NCBI GenBank assembly: GCA_029938115.1
Contig: JAPYOP010000004.1
Coordinates: 72,752-136,751, forward strand
Source of the DNA: Colwellia sp.
GTDB taxonomy: Bacteria > Pseudomonadota > Gammaproteobacteria > Enterobacterales > Alteromonadaceae
DNA: 64,000 nucleotides
Reading direction: 5' to 3'
The notes under the pieces are model-generated. The model was not told the DNA's origin. It did no database searches and saw only the letters and a list, made by a program, of their open reading frames with translations. Both the position numbers and the translations under genes were made by a program. Of the stretch, positions 10,568 through 21,293 are shown piece by piece. Position 1 is the stretch's first letter. Every line of letters starts with the position of its first letter.

Positions 10568-11500
10568 ATGCGCCGAGTTTTCATATTTCTATTCTTCAAT
10601 TTTTTCTGCTTATCTTCTTATGCTGATAGTCTAAACAATGATGAATTAAAAAATATTGAAGCTACATGTCAGCAATCATCACCACAGTGTTTAGCCTATT
10701 TAGAAATAGGATTAAACGGTTCACAACCTCACAGCAGACAATGGTTTCGTTTCAAACAACTAAGACTGTTTAATTTATTTGATTTGCAAAAATTGCCACA
10801 ATTAAAACAAGAGGTAAATTACTGGTTATTCGCTGACAATATGCCGCCGAACTTTGCAGTATATGTTTATATTTATCATGCGAAATTGAGTTCGGCTGAT
10901 GGTTTATCTAATGAGTCTACAACCTATCTTAACAAAGCAACAAACTTGCTAAATGATATTAACATCAAGTCTTTTTCACCTTTAAGATTAATAGAAATAG
11001 CTAATTTACAAATATCTCTTAAAAGCTATTCACAAGCAAAACAAACGTTATTACAACTTGAAGAAAAATTTAGTCAACGAGATTACCCCAATTTTAAAAA
11101 AGAGTTGTATGCTAATCTAGGCCATATATCATGGCATCAAAAAGACCATAAACAACATGTTTTTTATCGAATTAAATCTTTAGAGTGGAGTTTAAAAACA
11201 CCTAATAAGCAACAAATAGCTGTTGCTTATAACAATTTAGCTTTCGCATACAAAAATGACAAACAATATAATAAAGCTGAAATATCTTACTTACAGTCAA
11301 TTAAATATGCGAAATTAGCGCTAGATGATAGAACATTAGAAAGCACCTCGTTAAACTTAATAAAGGTTTTATTACTACAAAAAAAATTAACACAAGCTAG
11401 AGATACATTTGAGAAACTCTCTGAAAGCTTTGTTGAAGACATTCAATTAAAACGCAACAAGAAGCTTTATGAAAAATTGAAAGTACAGTTAGCCAAGTAA
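10568..11500 (+). CDS. Exported TPR-repeat protein
   Basis: Signal peptide. TPR-like helices (YANLGHI, AYNNLAFAY). Confidence 0.7.
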   Translation: MRRVFIFLFFNFFCLSSYADSLNNDELKNIEATCQQSSPQCLAYLEIGLNGSQPHSRQWFRFKQLRLFNLFDLQKLPQLKQEVNYWLFADNMPPNFAVYVYIYHAKLSSADGLSNESTTYLNKATNLLNDINIKSFSPLRLIEIANLQISLKSYSQAKQTLLQLEEKFSQRDYPNFKKELYANLGHISWHQKDHKQHVFYRIKSLEWSLKTPNKQQIAVAYNNLAFAYKNDKQYNKAEISYLQSIKYAKLALDDRTLESTSLNLIKVLLLQKKLTQARDTFEKLSESFVEDIQLKRNKKLYEKLKVQLAK

Positions 11501-13051
11501 TTAATCAAGGTACTTACCTTGTATAAGCATCAAATCATCTTGATGTTTAAAAACTAACTCTACTAATTTAGGATCAAATTTCACAGCGTTCATATCTTGA
11601 AAAAAACTCATCGTTTCTACTATTGACCAGGCGGGCTTGTAGCTTCGTTTATTAACAAGGGCATCAAATACATCAGCGACAGCAACTATACGACCATAAA
11701 TATGAATACCCTCCCCTTGTTTTCCTTTAGGGTAACCTGAGCCATCCCAATTTTCATGATGCTCAGCCGCAACAATGGCTCCGGCCCTTAAAACAGTTAA
11801 CTCTGACGATGCCAAAATGTCATAACCAATTTGCGCATGAGTTTTCATTTTTTGCCATTCTGCCTCGTTGAGTTTTCCGGGTTTGTTTAAAATATGATCC
11901 GGTATAGCTATCTTACCAATATCGTGCAGTGGTGATGCCTTATATAGTATCTCAACCTCTTGCTCGCTCATTCGCATAGCTCTGGCCAAGTACTGGCAAG
12001 TTAAAGCGACTCTTTTTACATGATTGCTTGTTTCTTTTGAGCGACTTTCCACAGCCTCACTCATACGGTAAATCATTTCTCGCTGGGTAAGATCTACTTC
12101 TTCAAACATTGCATGATTATCAAAGGCCACGCCAATATTATTACCAAAGACTTCTATCAGTTTCCGATCAAGACTATTGGCTTTTTCAATTCCCTCAATG
12201 AAGAACAAATTTTTACCATCTAAATGCGAGTCATAAACACCAATAAAGTAATCCTCGCCAAAATGATGACCACCTATATTATAAGCAATTTCAAGCCTTT
12301 CATCGCCAATCTCCTTGATAACATCACTTAATGGGTGATTTAAAAAAGCGCTAAACCGCCCTGTTGCCGCAATAACTATGCTGTGACGTTCACCATGTGA
12401 TGCTGCAATAAAGTTTACATTGACAAAAAAGGCACTACTATCAATATGAGACAAGGAACATAATTGTTGAAGTACACCCTGAGTAAAGTCTTTAATCGAT
12501 TGATGTGCAAAAATTTTATTTGAAGAGTTTATAACCGTTTCAAGACCTTTTTTATTGTCATATAAAGCCTTTATATCTCGATATGCTCTAAGGCATGCAT
12601 AGGAGAGAGTAAAAAGTTTAGTCGATGTTAATTCTGTTTTTTCCTTATAATCATTAATATCATAATTAGCGATCACTTCTTTTTCAGGGGCTTGTCCCGG
12701 TTGACCTGTGCGCAATACAAGGCGGATATGATGATTTTCTTTTACTTCTCGAATCCAACTTACAAGCTCTAAACCTGCTTTATCTGTCTCCATGACGACG
12801 TCAATTATGGCCATAGCAAAAGGAATGTTACTTTGTAAAAGTTCCTTTGCTTGCTTAGCACTATCAGCGGAATGAATTTTAAGGTTTTTACCAAATATTT
12901 TAGTCTTTTTTAATGCTAACCGAGTTACCATATGCACTTCAACTTCGTCATCTACAACAAGTATGTGCCAGTAATCTTCTATCGCCTTTTCACTATGCCC
13001 CGGTTCATCGTTAGATTCATCTGTAAAAACAAGAATTTCGTCCTTATTCAT
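11501..13051 (-). CDS. Response regulator REC-DUF3369-HD-GYP phosphodiesterase
   Basis: ILVVDDE..DVVMET..LRTGQPG receiver, LHDIGK, HHENWDGSGYPKG. Confidence 0.9.
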   Translation of the reverse strand: MNKDEILVFTDESNDEPGHSEKAIEDYWHILVVDDEVEVHMVTRLALKKTKIFGKNLKIHSADSAKQAKELLQSNIPFAMAIIDVVMETDKAGLELVSWIREVKENHHIRLVLRTGQPGQAPEKEVIANYDINDYKEKTELTSTKLFTLSYACLRAYRDIKALYDNKKGLETVINSSNKIFAHQSIKDFTQGVLQQLCSLSHIDSSAFFVNVNFIAASHGERHSIVIAATGRFSAFLNHPLSDVIKEIGDERLEIAYNIGGHHFGEDYFIGVYDSHLDGKNLFFIEGIEKANSLDRKLIEVFGNNIGVAFDNHAMFEEVDLTQREMIYRMSEAVESRSKETSNHVKRVALTCQYLARAMRMSEQEVEILYKASPLHDIGKIAIPDHILNKPGKLNEAEWQKMKTHAQIGYDILASSELTVLRAGAIVAAEHHENWDGSGYPKGKQGEGIHIYGRIVAVADVFDALVNKRSYKPAWSIVETMSFFQDMNAVKFDPKLVELVFKHQDDLMLIQGKYLD

Positions 13052-13316
13052 TCGCTCTCCTAAACGCTACATTAATTCATTAATAATAGACTAAAACTTT
13101 ATATTTTCACCTCTAAATAACTCAATATTAATAATAACCTTAGGAAAATATCCATTAACTTTCTCAACAATTAAACATTAGATTAGAAGTGCGTATTTTT
13201 TAGTTATGGTTCAAGGTCAATTGATAAATTATCATTCCTGTATATTTAGCTAGTTTGAACTATGCTTTGATCACTATTGTTAATTTTATTTGACTTAAAT
13301 AAATAAAGGTTAGTGA

Positions 13317-14546
13317 ATGAATAATAACGAACTCCTTTCTTTTTCTGATGAACAGGCGCACCAGCCTTGCTTACCGATAAACAAAAAAGCAGAGCCTTGG
13401 AACTTACTAGTTGTTGATGATGAGTTATCGGTGCACGAAGTGACTCAGCTGGTTTTAAAAAATGTCACGGTATTGGGTAAAAATATTGCCATACATTCAG
13501 CCTGCAGTGCAGAGCAAGCTAAAGAGTTGATGGGGAGTAAAACCCACTTTGCATTTGCATTGATCGATGTAGTAATGGAAACAGATAATGCCGGTTTGTC
13601 ACTCGTTAAATGGATAAGAGAGACTAAGCAAGATCCCAATATTCGCCTAGTATTACGTACAGGTCAGCCCGGAGAAGCGCCCGAACAAGATATTATCAGC
13701 CGTTACGACATCCATGATTATAAAGAAAAAAATGAATTAACTGCAAAAAAACTTTTCACGTTATGTTACTCGTGTTTACGAACTTATAACGACATAATTA
13801 AAGCCAAAGAAATGCAAAAAATGTTACGCCACAGTGAAAAAATGGAAGCGGTAGGTCGGCTAGCTTCGGGTATTGTTCATGATTTCAATAATATTTTAGG
13901 GGTTATTTTATGTAATGTGGAATTATTACAACAAAATCCCTTTCAAAATGAACAACAAGACAAAAAGATCAACAGTATTAATAAAGCGGCATTGATGGGC
14001 AAAGATATTGTTAATAAATTGCATTCATTTACAACAAATAAATTAGAAAATAAAGAAAGCGTTAATATTAATGACATTATTACAAGAATAGATAAAGTTA
14101 TAGATCAATCAAGCGCTAGCAATACTAAATTGACTTACCAATTTGATAGTAATATTTGGTTAACTTATATCGTTGTGAGTGATTTTGAAAGCGCACTCTT
14201 TAATTTAGTTATTAACGCCAAAGATGCAATACAGCACAACGGCAATGTATTAATTCAAACAAGTAATTGCGTATTAGATGATGATTTTTGTCAATTAAAT
14301 CCAGAAGCCATTGCCGGAGAGTATGTTTTATTAACCGTAAGTGATAACGGAAAGGGTATATCACCACAGGTTATGCAACGTATATTTGAACCTTTTTTTA
14401 CCACAAAAACAGCAGGTACCGGTTTGGGCTTGGCACTAGTGTATGGCTTTGTTAATCGTTCTTCTGGTTATATTACCTTAAGCTCTGAATTAGACGTAGG
14501 TACAACATTTAAAATGTATTTACCAAAGACGCTACCTAATCATTGA
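13317..14546 (+). CDS. REC-HisKA-HATPase hybrid histidine kinase
   Basis: N-terminal receiver, HDFNN H-box, NAKDA, DNGKG, FEPFFTTK..GTGLGL. Confidence 0.9.
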   Translation: MNNNELLSFSDEQAHQPCLPINKKAEPWNLLVVDDELSVHEVTQLVLKNVTVLGKNIAIHSACSAEQAKELMGSKTHFAFALIDVVMETDNAGLSLVKWIRETKQDPNIRLVLRTGQPGEAPEQDIISRYDIHDYKEKNELTAKKLFTLCYSCLRTYNDIIKAKEMQKMLRHSEKMEAVGRLASGIVHDFNNILGVILCNVELLQQNPFQNEQQDKKINSINKAALMGKDIVNKLHSFTTNKLENKESVNINDIITRIDKVIDQSSASNTKLTYQFDSNIWLTYIVVSDFESALFNLVINAKDAIQHNGNVLIQTSNCVLDDDFCQLNPEAIAGEYVLLTVSDNGKGISPQVMQRIFEPFFTTKTAGTGLGLALVYGFVNRSSGYITLSSELDVGTTFKMYLPKTLPNH

Positions 14547-14647
14547 GAATAAGAACCTTTAGTGCGTTTATTTTTAGATGTTTTTAAACGAGTCACCCTC
14601 AGTAAACTTAAGTCACATATTTTACAAACGAATGGGGCTAGCCTCTT

Positions 14648-16561
14648 ATGAATCTAGATATTTATATAAAAAAACGAATATTACTAAGAATAATGCTTAT
14701 CGCGAGTGTGTTGCTTTTTACCCTGCCTGCCACCTCATATCAACAATATGCCCCAAATAAAATTAAAGCCGCTTACGTATTTAACTTCATAAAATATATT
14801 GAATGGCCTAATGATAAAAACATCGTCAATTTAGTCGTTGGCTACTATGGCAACGAAAAAGATTATAGCGAGGCATTACAAGAGATGCAGGGCATGGCAG
14901 TAAGGCATTTTAATATAAACTTTATTAAAATCGCCTCTATTGACCAAATAAACGCATTGCATATAGTTGTGCTTGATAAAGCACAGTCTAAAAACATTAA
15001 TAAAATTTCAAAACAACTTAATGGACAAGCAACTCTAATTATTAGTGATCACACCATTGAAAACAAATACTCCATGCTAAATTTTATTGATACAGATAAA
15101 AACAAACTGATTTTTGAATTAAATCGCTATCAAATGCTAAACGCTCGATTAAAGGTTTCGCCTGATATTTTAGTACTGGGTGGAACTGAGCTAGATATAG
15201 CCAATGTACTTAAAGAAATGGATGCGACTATTACTAACAGCTTAATTGAAATTAAAGAGCAATCGAGTAAGTTAAATCAACTTAAAGAGAATATAACCGA
15301 CAGAGAAGAGCAATTAACATTGCACCAGAGAAAATTAGCCATACAGCAAAAACAGTTAACATCACAACACAGTCAACTTGAAAAGCAAAGTGGGCAATTA
15401 AAGCAAAATAAGAAGGAGTTTAAAACGCTGCAAGACAACTACAGCCTGATGACCAAAGAGCTTGATATTAGTCAAATTCAACTCACTAACAATATAGCTA
15501 ACTTGCAAAATTTAAAAATAGATACCAGTCAAAAAGAACAAATAATCTCACGTTTAGAAAGTCAAATTGATGAAAGAAAGGTTTTACTGAATAATTTAGA
15601 AAGTCAGCATGCGAAACAAAAACAAAAGCTTACCGACCAATCTACCGTTATCCAAGCACAATATATCGTCCTAATTATCATTGCTATTGCTAGCTTCGCT
15701 ATATTAATAATTCTGATTATTCTTTATATAAGTAAAAAAACTCAACATCAAGTAAATCAAGAGTTACAGCTTAATATTGCAGCTTTAGCTGAGTCCAACC
15801 TCAAACTAAGTAATGCCCAAGATCAATTAGTAGAGTCTGAAAAAATGGCTGCGCTCGGCGGCTTAGTCGCTGGCATTGCTCATGAAATAAATACACCAAT
15901 AGGTGTTAGTGTTACGGCTACGTCACATTTGGCAGATCAAATTGATTTATTTGACAAAGAATATAAAGTTGGAATATTAAAGAAATCTTCATTAGAAGAG
16001 TTATTGATTGATGCTAAAGATTCAACTGGCATTTTAATCAGGAACTTGCAAAGAGCGAGTAAGTTGATTAATAATTTTAAGCAGGTTGCTGTAGATCAAA
16101 GTAGCGAAGACAGGCGAAATTTTGAGTTACACACTTATATAGACGAACTAACACAAAGCCTTCGCCCTCAATTCAAACAAGGTAAGCACAGCATTAAGAC
16201 CACCTCAAACAGTAAAATTGAATTAAACAACTTCCCAGGCGTAATTGCGCAAATCATAACGAACTTAATTATGAATTCATTGAATCACGGTTTTAAAAAT
16301 AAAACACATGGGGAGATATTGATAGCACTGGCACTTGAGAACAATGAAGTAGTGATAGAGTATCGAGATAATGGTATTGGATTAACAGCGTCACAAAGAA
16401 AAAAAGTTTTTGAGCCTTTTTACACTACGGCTCGCTCAACAGGGGGATCAGGTTTAGGCATGTCTATTAGCTATAATCTGATTACTAGTAAGCTCCACGG
16501 GAGTATTAAATGCATGGAGACAACCGAAGGTGCCTATTTTTTAATAGTTTTTCCACTTTAA
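14648..16561 (+). CDS. Sensor histidine kinase with N-terminal YfiR (DUF4154) domain and long coiled coil
   Basis: IKAAYVFNFIKYIEWP is the YfiR signature. Q/E/K-rich heptads, one TM helix, HEINTP H-box, GGSGLG. Confidence 0.85.
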   Translation: MNLDIYIKKRILLRIMLIASVLLFTLPATSYQQYAPNKIKAAYVFNFIKYIEWPNDKNIVNLVVGYYGNEKDYSEALQEMQGMAVRHFNINFIKIASIDQINALHIVVLDKAQSKNINKISKQLNGQATLIISDHTIENKYSMLNFIDTDKNKLIFELNRYQMLNARLKVSPDILVLGGTELDIANVLKEMDATITNSLIEIKEQSSKLNQLKENITDREEQLTLHQRKLAIQQKQLTSQHSQLEKQSGQLKQNKKEFKTLQDNYSLMTKELDISQIQLTNNIANLQNLKIDTSQKEQIISRLESQIDERKVLLNNLESQHAKQKQKLTDQSTVIQAQYIVLIIIAIASFAILIILIILYISKKTQHQVNQELQLNIAALAESNLKLSNAQDQLVESEKMAALGGLVAGIAHEINTPIGVSVTATSHLADQIDLFDKEYKVGILKKSSLEELLIDAKDSTGILIRNLQRASKLINNFKQVAVDQSSEDRRNFELHTYIDELTQSLRPQFKQGKHSIKTTSNSKIELNNFPGVIAQIITNLIMNSLNHGFKNKTHGEILIALALENNEVVIEYRDNGIGLTASQRKKVFEPFYTTARSTGGSGLGMSISYNLITSKLHGSIKCMETTEGAYFLIVFPL

Positions 16562-16670
16562 TCCATTAAATAACCTAGCACTTAATGAGATGACCCCTCG
16601 CCTAATCTACATTTATCACTGTAATTTAGTGAGACTTGGTATAACCATTATATTTTTGCTGCGCTTAAAT

Positions 16671-16703
16671 TTCACATTCGTTTCACAGGCAGTTACATAC
16701 GAT
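16671..16703 (+). promoter_or_regulatory. OmpR-family (ColR/CreB-type) box TTCAC-N6-TTCAC plus -10 TACGAT
   Basis: TTCAC-ATTCGT-TTCAC at 16671-16686, then 11 nt, then TACGAT. Matches the boxes at 20011 and 24208. Confidence 0.75.
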
Positions 16704-16735
16704 ATCATCACGAAAAATTACTGTGGTGAAAATTT

Positions 16736-17518
16736 ATGTCTTGTTCAATTGAATTAAAAAACGTTTCTCAATCATTTCAAAGCAATTGTTCTGATAGCAA
16801 TTCTTGCGAAAGCAATACTTCCAAAAACAATGTTTCGACTATTACCTTATTTGAAAATCTTAACTTATCAATAAGCCAAGGGCAATCGTACGCCATAACA
16901 GGACCTTCAGGTGCAGGTAAGTCGAGTTTACTAATGTTGCTTTCTGGATTAGAAAAACCAAGCTCAGGTCAAGGGTGTTTCAACAACGATAATCACACCT
17001 CAGCGCTTGATAATTTACGCTCAGAAATCGGTTTCATTTTTCAACAGTTTCATTTACTGCCTGAGCTAACTGCTTTGCACAATATTGCCCTACCATTGAA
17101 ATTACGGGGTGATAAACAAGCCATCAAAAAAGCTAAACACTGGTTAGCAAAGGTCGGTTTGTCGAAAAGAGCAAATCATAAACCGTCACAGTTAAGTGGT
17201 GGCGAACAACAACGTGTGGCAATCGCTCGTGCGTTAGTGTTTTCACCTAAGTTTATATTTGCCGATGAACCAACCGGTAATTTAGATCAACACAATGCTA
17301 ATGAAATTGCTGATATTTTATTTGCTTGCTGCCAAGAAAATAATGCAGGTTTAGTTATTGTTACTCACAGCAATGTACTGGCAAGTAAGGCGCAGAACAT
17401 CTATTCACTCGCCAATGGAGAACTGACTAAAACCAACGCAAGTTTGATAACACCAATATTTGAGGAGCAACAAGTAGAAAAAGTGGTAATAAACACAGCG
17501 CAGGTGGCACCATGTTAA
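16736..17518 (+). CDS. ABC transporter ATP-binding protein (LolD/YbbA-like)
   Basis: GPSGAGKS Walker [25 protein letters not shown]. Confidence 0.92.
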   Translation: MSCSIELKNVSQSFQSNCSDSNSCESNTSKNNVSTITLFENLNLSISQGQSYAITGPSGAGKSSLLMLLSGLEKPSSGQGCFNNDNHTSALDNLRSEIGFIFQQFHLLPELTALHNIALPLKLRGDKQAIKKAKHWLAKVGLSKRANHKPSQLSGGEQQRVAIARALVFSPKFIFADEPTGNLDQHNANEIADILFACCQENNAGLVIVTHSNVLASKAQNIYSLANGELTKTNASLITPIFEEQQVEKVVINTAQVAPC

Positions 17519-19995
17519 GGCATCATATGCAATTAGCTTGGCATTATTTCAAACAAGAATACCGCCAACCTCATCAGAAACTACTCCGCTGGGTTCAAGC
17601 CACTTTAATGGTTTTTATTGTCACCTTAACGCTATCAAGTAGTACTATTCAACATTACCTACAGGGCAACTTACAAAACCTGTTAGGTGCCGATGCTGTA
17701 TTAACTCAAAAAGATAAATTAACCGGCAAACAACTCACTTCATTAGTTAATTTTAGTGATATTGTGGTCAATACCTTGCAAATAAATACCACGTTAACAT
17801 TTAATGGAAAATGGCAACGTGCAAAACTAAAAGCGGTCGGAAGTGATTATCCCTTACAAGGTCAATTACTCACATCAACCTCTTTTAAAAACGCTGCAAC
17901 TGCTACAAACGGTGGGCCTACAATCGGAAATATATGGTTAGACAGTCGACTATTTGCCAGTTTAACCATAACCATTGGCGACACTATCAATTTAGGTGAT
18001 CATGCTTTTATGGTATCAAGGGTGCTAATTCACGAGCCAGATAGATTGATGGAAGGTCATAATGTTTCTATGAGAGCTATCGTCAATATTATTGATATGG
18101 AAAAGTTAGCTTTTCCAACAGATCTTATTCAACATCGTTACCTAGTTTCTGCGTCAAAATCACAAGTACAGCAACTTATTGACTGGCAACAAGCACAACT
18201 TCCAGCAGCGCAAATTCACCATAAACAAGGTGTCCATCCATTAGCTTTGTTTTGGCAACGCACTGAAAACTTTTTAGGCTTAGCCTCTATTATTTTATTC
18301 TTTATGGCTGCGATTGCCATTGAACAAATAGCGCAAGTTCACTTAAAAAAAGAACAATATTTTTCAGCCGTTTGTATGAGTTTAGGTGCTTCAAAAGCGA
18401 CCGGTTTACAACTTTCACTGTTCAAGTGGTTCATTAATATATTGGTACTGATACCTATAGTCGCCATTTTATCTGGCGCATTTCATTGGTTGATCGTCGG
18501 TTGGTTAGCTAATACATTTGCCGAAATCACTTGGCAATTAGATGTTTGGCTTATGGCTAAAACGATAGCGACCAGTGTATTACTCTTTGCCGTTTTTCAT
18601 TCACCCGTTTGGTTAACATTGTACCAAACATCAGTCGCTAAGTTGTTTCATCAAAATCAAAAAAGCCTTTCTTTAGGATTGATTAAACTATGTGCCTTAG
18701 CCGTGCTTGCTTGGGTTGCTCTGACGTACTCTGACAATGGTTTATTAACCTTGATGTTAGTCGGCAGTATTTTTATCACCATATTGTTAATGGCCGCTAT
18801 TAGTTGGACAGTATTAACAGTGGGTGAAAAAGCCACACAACAATTTTCAGGGCTGATCCCTTTTACCTTGTTTATGATGAAACAGCGCTTATTAAGTAAA
18901 AGCACTCAAATTCTAGGCATTGGCTTAAGTACCTTTTTATTGTTATTTACGCTCATGCTTTTAAAAGACTTAGGTGACACGATGGTTTCATACCAGAGAA
19001 CACATGACGGTAATGTTATGGTTTCACAAGCGAGTCAGTCACAAATGAATGCAATACAAGAGTGGTCTAAAGAACATAATATTAGCTTACGTCAATCTAA
19101 ACCTTACTTGTATGCCAAAGTAGTCAAAATAAATAACCAAACCTTAAGTGAGTTTACAACAAAACCCAGTGACAGTTTAGCGACGTTATCAAACGCTATT
19201 AGACTGCATTGGAGTGAAAGTATTCCAAATAATAACCGTGTAGTTCAAGGGCAATGGTGGCAAAAAAACACTAAAAACTGGCAACAAATATCACTTGAAG
19301 AAGAAGTCATGATTGACTTAGATTTGACGCTTGGAGATAAGCTTACTTTTATTATTCATCAACAAAGTTTTACCTTCACTATTACCGCAAGTCATGTTTA
19401 TAAGCCAGGAGCGGGTTCAATTACCTTCTGGGTACAAATGCCCCAAGCAGCCATTGAGCATATCAACGCACCTCAATATAATATGGCAAGTTTGGAGCTA
19501 AATGATGAACAATGGCCACTGCTCAGCCAGTTGTGGCAAGATCATCCAACAATAAGAATGGCCTCTTTACAGGAATTAACAAAACAATTTGATAAGATCT
19601 TAGCCATGATAACTCAAGTCATTAGCGGTTTTTCCGTGATGATTATTTTACTCGCTATTATTGTGATTTTGTCTTCAATCAATGCATTTGAAAGTAAAGA
19701 AAAGAAAAAGAACAGTGTCATTATGAGTTTTGGTTTTTTAAAGAACACCTGTTTGCAGCTAAACATTATTGAATGGTTAATTACCGCATTAATTATAGCA
19801 ACAGGAGCGATAGCCGGCACTTACATTACCGGTATGTTAATTTATCAATCTCAGTTCTCAATGTCTTACCAACCAAACTTAGTTGTATTACTTATCACAT
19901 TAGCAATTATTTTGGGCACAGTAACCTTATTGGGTGTTTACGCTAGCCGACATAGTTTAAAGAGCTCGGTGAAGCAATTAATGGCTGATGTTTAG
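17512..19995 (+). CDS. ABC transporter permease (FtsX/YbbP-like)
   Basis: 827 aa with two multi-TM halves. LLGAD and LKAV..DYPLQG YbbP-like motifs. Overlaps the ATPase gene. Confidence 0.85.
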   Translation: MLRHHMQLAWHYFKQEYRQPHQKLLRWVQATLMVFIVTLTLSSSTIQHYLQGNLQNLLGADAVLTQKDKLTGKQLTSLVNFSDIVVNTLQINTTLTFNGKWQRAKLKAVGSDYPLQGQLLTSTSFKNAATATNGGPTIGNIWLDSRLFASLTITIGDTINLGDHAFMVSRVLIHEPDRLMEGHNVSMRAIVNIIDMEKLAFPTDLIQHRYLVSASKSQVQQLIDWQQAQLPAAQIHHKQGVHPLALFWQRTENFLGLASIILFFMAAIAIEQIAQVHLKKEQYFSAVCMSLGASKATGLQLSLFKWFINILVLIPIVAILSGAFHWLIVGWLANTFAEITWQLDVWLMAKTIATSVLLFAVFHSPVWLTLYQTSVAKLFHQNQKSLSLGLIKLCALAVLAWVALTYSDNGLLTLMLVGSIFITILLMAAISWTVLTVGEKATQQFSGLIPFTLFMMKQRLLSKSTQILGIGLSTFLLLFTLMLLKDLGDTMVSYQRTHDGNVMVSQASQSQMNAIQEWSKEHNISLRQSKPYLYAKVVKINNQTLSEFTTKPSDSLATLSNAIRLHWSESIPNNNRVVQGQWWQKNTKNWQQISLEEEVMIDLDLTLGDKLTFIIHQQSFTFTITASHVYKPGAGSITFWVQMPQAAIEHINAPQYNMASLELNDEQWPLLSQLWQDHPTIRMASLQELTKQFDKILAMITQVISGFSVMIILLAIIVILSSINAFESKEKKKNSVIMSFGFLKNTCLQLNIIEWLITALIIATGAIAGTYITGMLIYQSQFSMSYQPNLVVLLITLAIILGTVTLLGVYASRHSLKSSVKQLMADV

Positions 19996-20010
19996 AGTAG
20001 AAATATATAT

Positions 20011-20043
20011 TTCACATCTGTTTCACGGTGTCTTTGTCACACT
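20011..20043 (+). promoter_or_regulatory. OmpR-family box TTCAC-N6-TTCAC plus -10-like CACACT
   Basis: TTCAC-ATCTGT-TTCAC at 20011-20026, then 11 nt, then CACACT. Box ends 58 nt before the ATG at 20084. Confidence 0.72.
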
Positions 20044-20083
20044 TAACTTATACCAAACGTATAGATACTTAAGAGAGAAACAG

Positions 20084-21202
20084 ATGAATATTTTAAAGCA
20101 GACTTTATTAGTTATAACGACATTATTAGCTACGTTAATAGTGACAACATTACAGGTGCAAGCCGAAACAAATACCAAGAAAGTATTAATGGTAGTCAGT
20201 GGCAATGGCCAAGGAGAAGAAAAACCAGGCTATGAATTTGATGAGTTTTCAAAAGCCTATTCGGTTTTTAAAGATAATGGCATTACTGTTGATATCGCCA
20301 GCCCAAAAGGCGGACAAGTAGAAGCAGATAAATACGATCCAAGTAAAAGCTATAATGCGAAAGTATTAATTGATGAAGCTATTATGGCAAAACTTAATAA
20401 TACTCTTGCGACGAGTACAATAGATGCTAAGGCATATGATGCAGTGTTTGTTGTTGGTGGCAAAGGTGCTATGTTTGATTTACCTAAAGACAAAGCATTA
20501 CAAAGTGTTATTGCCCAAATATATCAACAACAAGGCAGTGTCGCTGCTGTTTGTCATGGCCCCGCGGCATTAGTTAATGTAAAACTAAAAGATGGTAGTT
20601 ATTTGGTTGCCAATAAAGCAATAAACAGTTTTACTAACCAAGAAGAAAAGCTGTTTGGTCAAAAGTGGATAAACGATTTTGATTTCATGCTTGAAGATAA
20701 ATTAAGCGAGCGTGGCGCTAACTTTCAATCAAGTGAAATAATGTTAAGTCATGTGGCTATTGACGGACGTTTAATCACAGGACAAAACCCTACCTCAACA
20801 GTAGATGTCGCGACCGCTTTAGTTAAGAGTTTAGGCTTAACACCTGTTAAAGTGGCGGTGGAATTAGAAGATAAAACCATGGCTGTAGTAGCTAAATTTA
20901 TAGCCGGTGACAAGTCAGCACTTGAAACACTTGCCAATAATCAAGCGCAGTATCACATACCTCTAGTTGGTATGTACGGCTTTTATTTCCTAAAAATAGC
21001 GGATACAACACTCGACTTTGAGCAATCATTAGCCTTAATGTTAGTGGCACAAAAAGCAATTAATAGCCCTAACCTTGATATGACAATAGCAAAAACACAG
21101 TCAAAATTAGGCCAAGCAGCTAATGCAAAAGCTACATTGAATCAGTTAATTACTGCAAAACCTGATTTCAAACCCGCGCAAGACATGTTAAAAACGTTAT
21201 AA
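20084..21202 (+). CDS. Exported DJ-1/PfpI-family (type 1 glutamine amidotransferase-like) protein with C-terminal helical/TPR-like tail
   Basis: Signal peptide ending QVQA, GYEFDE, VGGKGAMFDL, AVCHGP nucleophile, ITGQNP. Start re-assigned to ATG 20084 (AGAGAG RBS, upstream box). Confidence 0.85.
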   Translation: MNILKQTLLVITTLLATLIVTTLQVQAETNTKKVLMVVSGNGQGEEKPGYEFDEFSKAYSVFKDNGITVDIASPKGGQVEADKYDPSKSYNAKVLIDEAIMAKLNNTLATSTIDAKAYDAVFVVGGKGAMFDLPKDKALQSVIAQIYQQQGSVAAVCHGPAALVNVKLKDGSYLVANKAINSFTNQEEKLFGQKWINDFDFMLEDKLSERGANFQSSEIMLSHVAIDGRLITGQNPTSTVDVATALVKSLGLTPVKVAVELEDKTMAVVAKFIAGDKSALETLANNQAQYHIPLVGMYGFYFLKIADTTLDFEQSLALMLVAQKAINSPNLDMTIAKTQSKLGQAANAKATLNQLITAKPDFKPAQDMLKTL

Positions 21203-21293
21203 GGTACCCATTTTACTTTAGGGTATAGAATCAGTTCTTAACGATAACTTGAAGCCAAGAAAGCGTTAAGAACATTTAAATTAGAGAAATGGT

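Noticed and set aside
16781..16840. Four degenerate 15-nt units (AGCAAT...) giving [20 protein letters not shown] in the ABC ATPase
   Set aside because: Looks like a neutral low-complexity loop expansion.
19988..20083. Track-proposed N-terminal extension of the DJ-1/PfpI ORF
   Set aside because: It spans the regulatory box and -10 element. The signal peptide and RBS fit ATG 20084.
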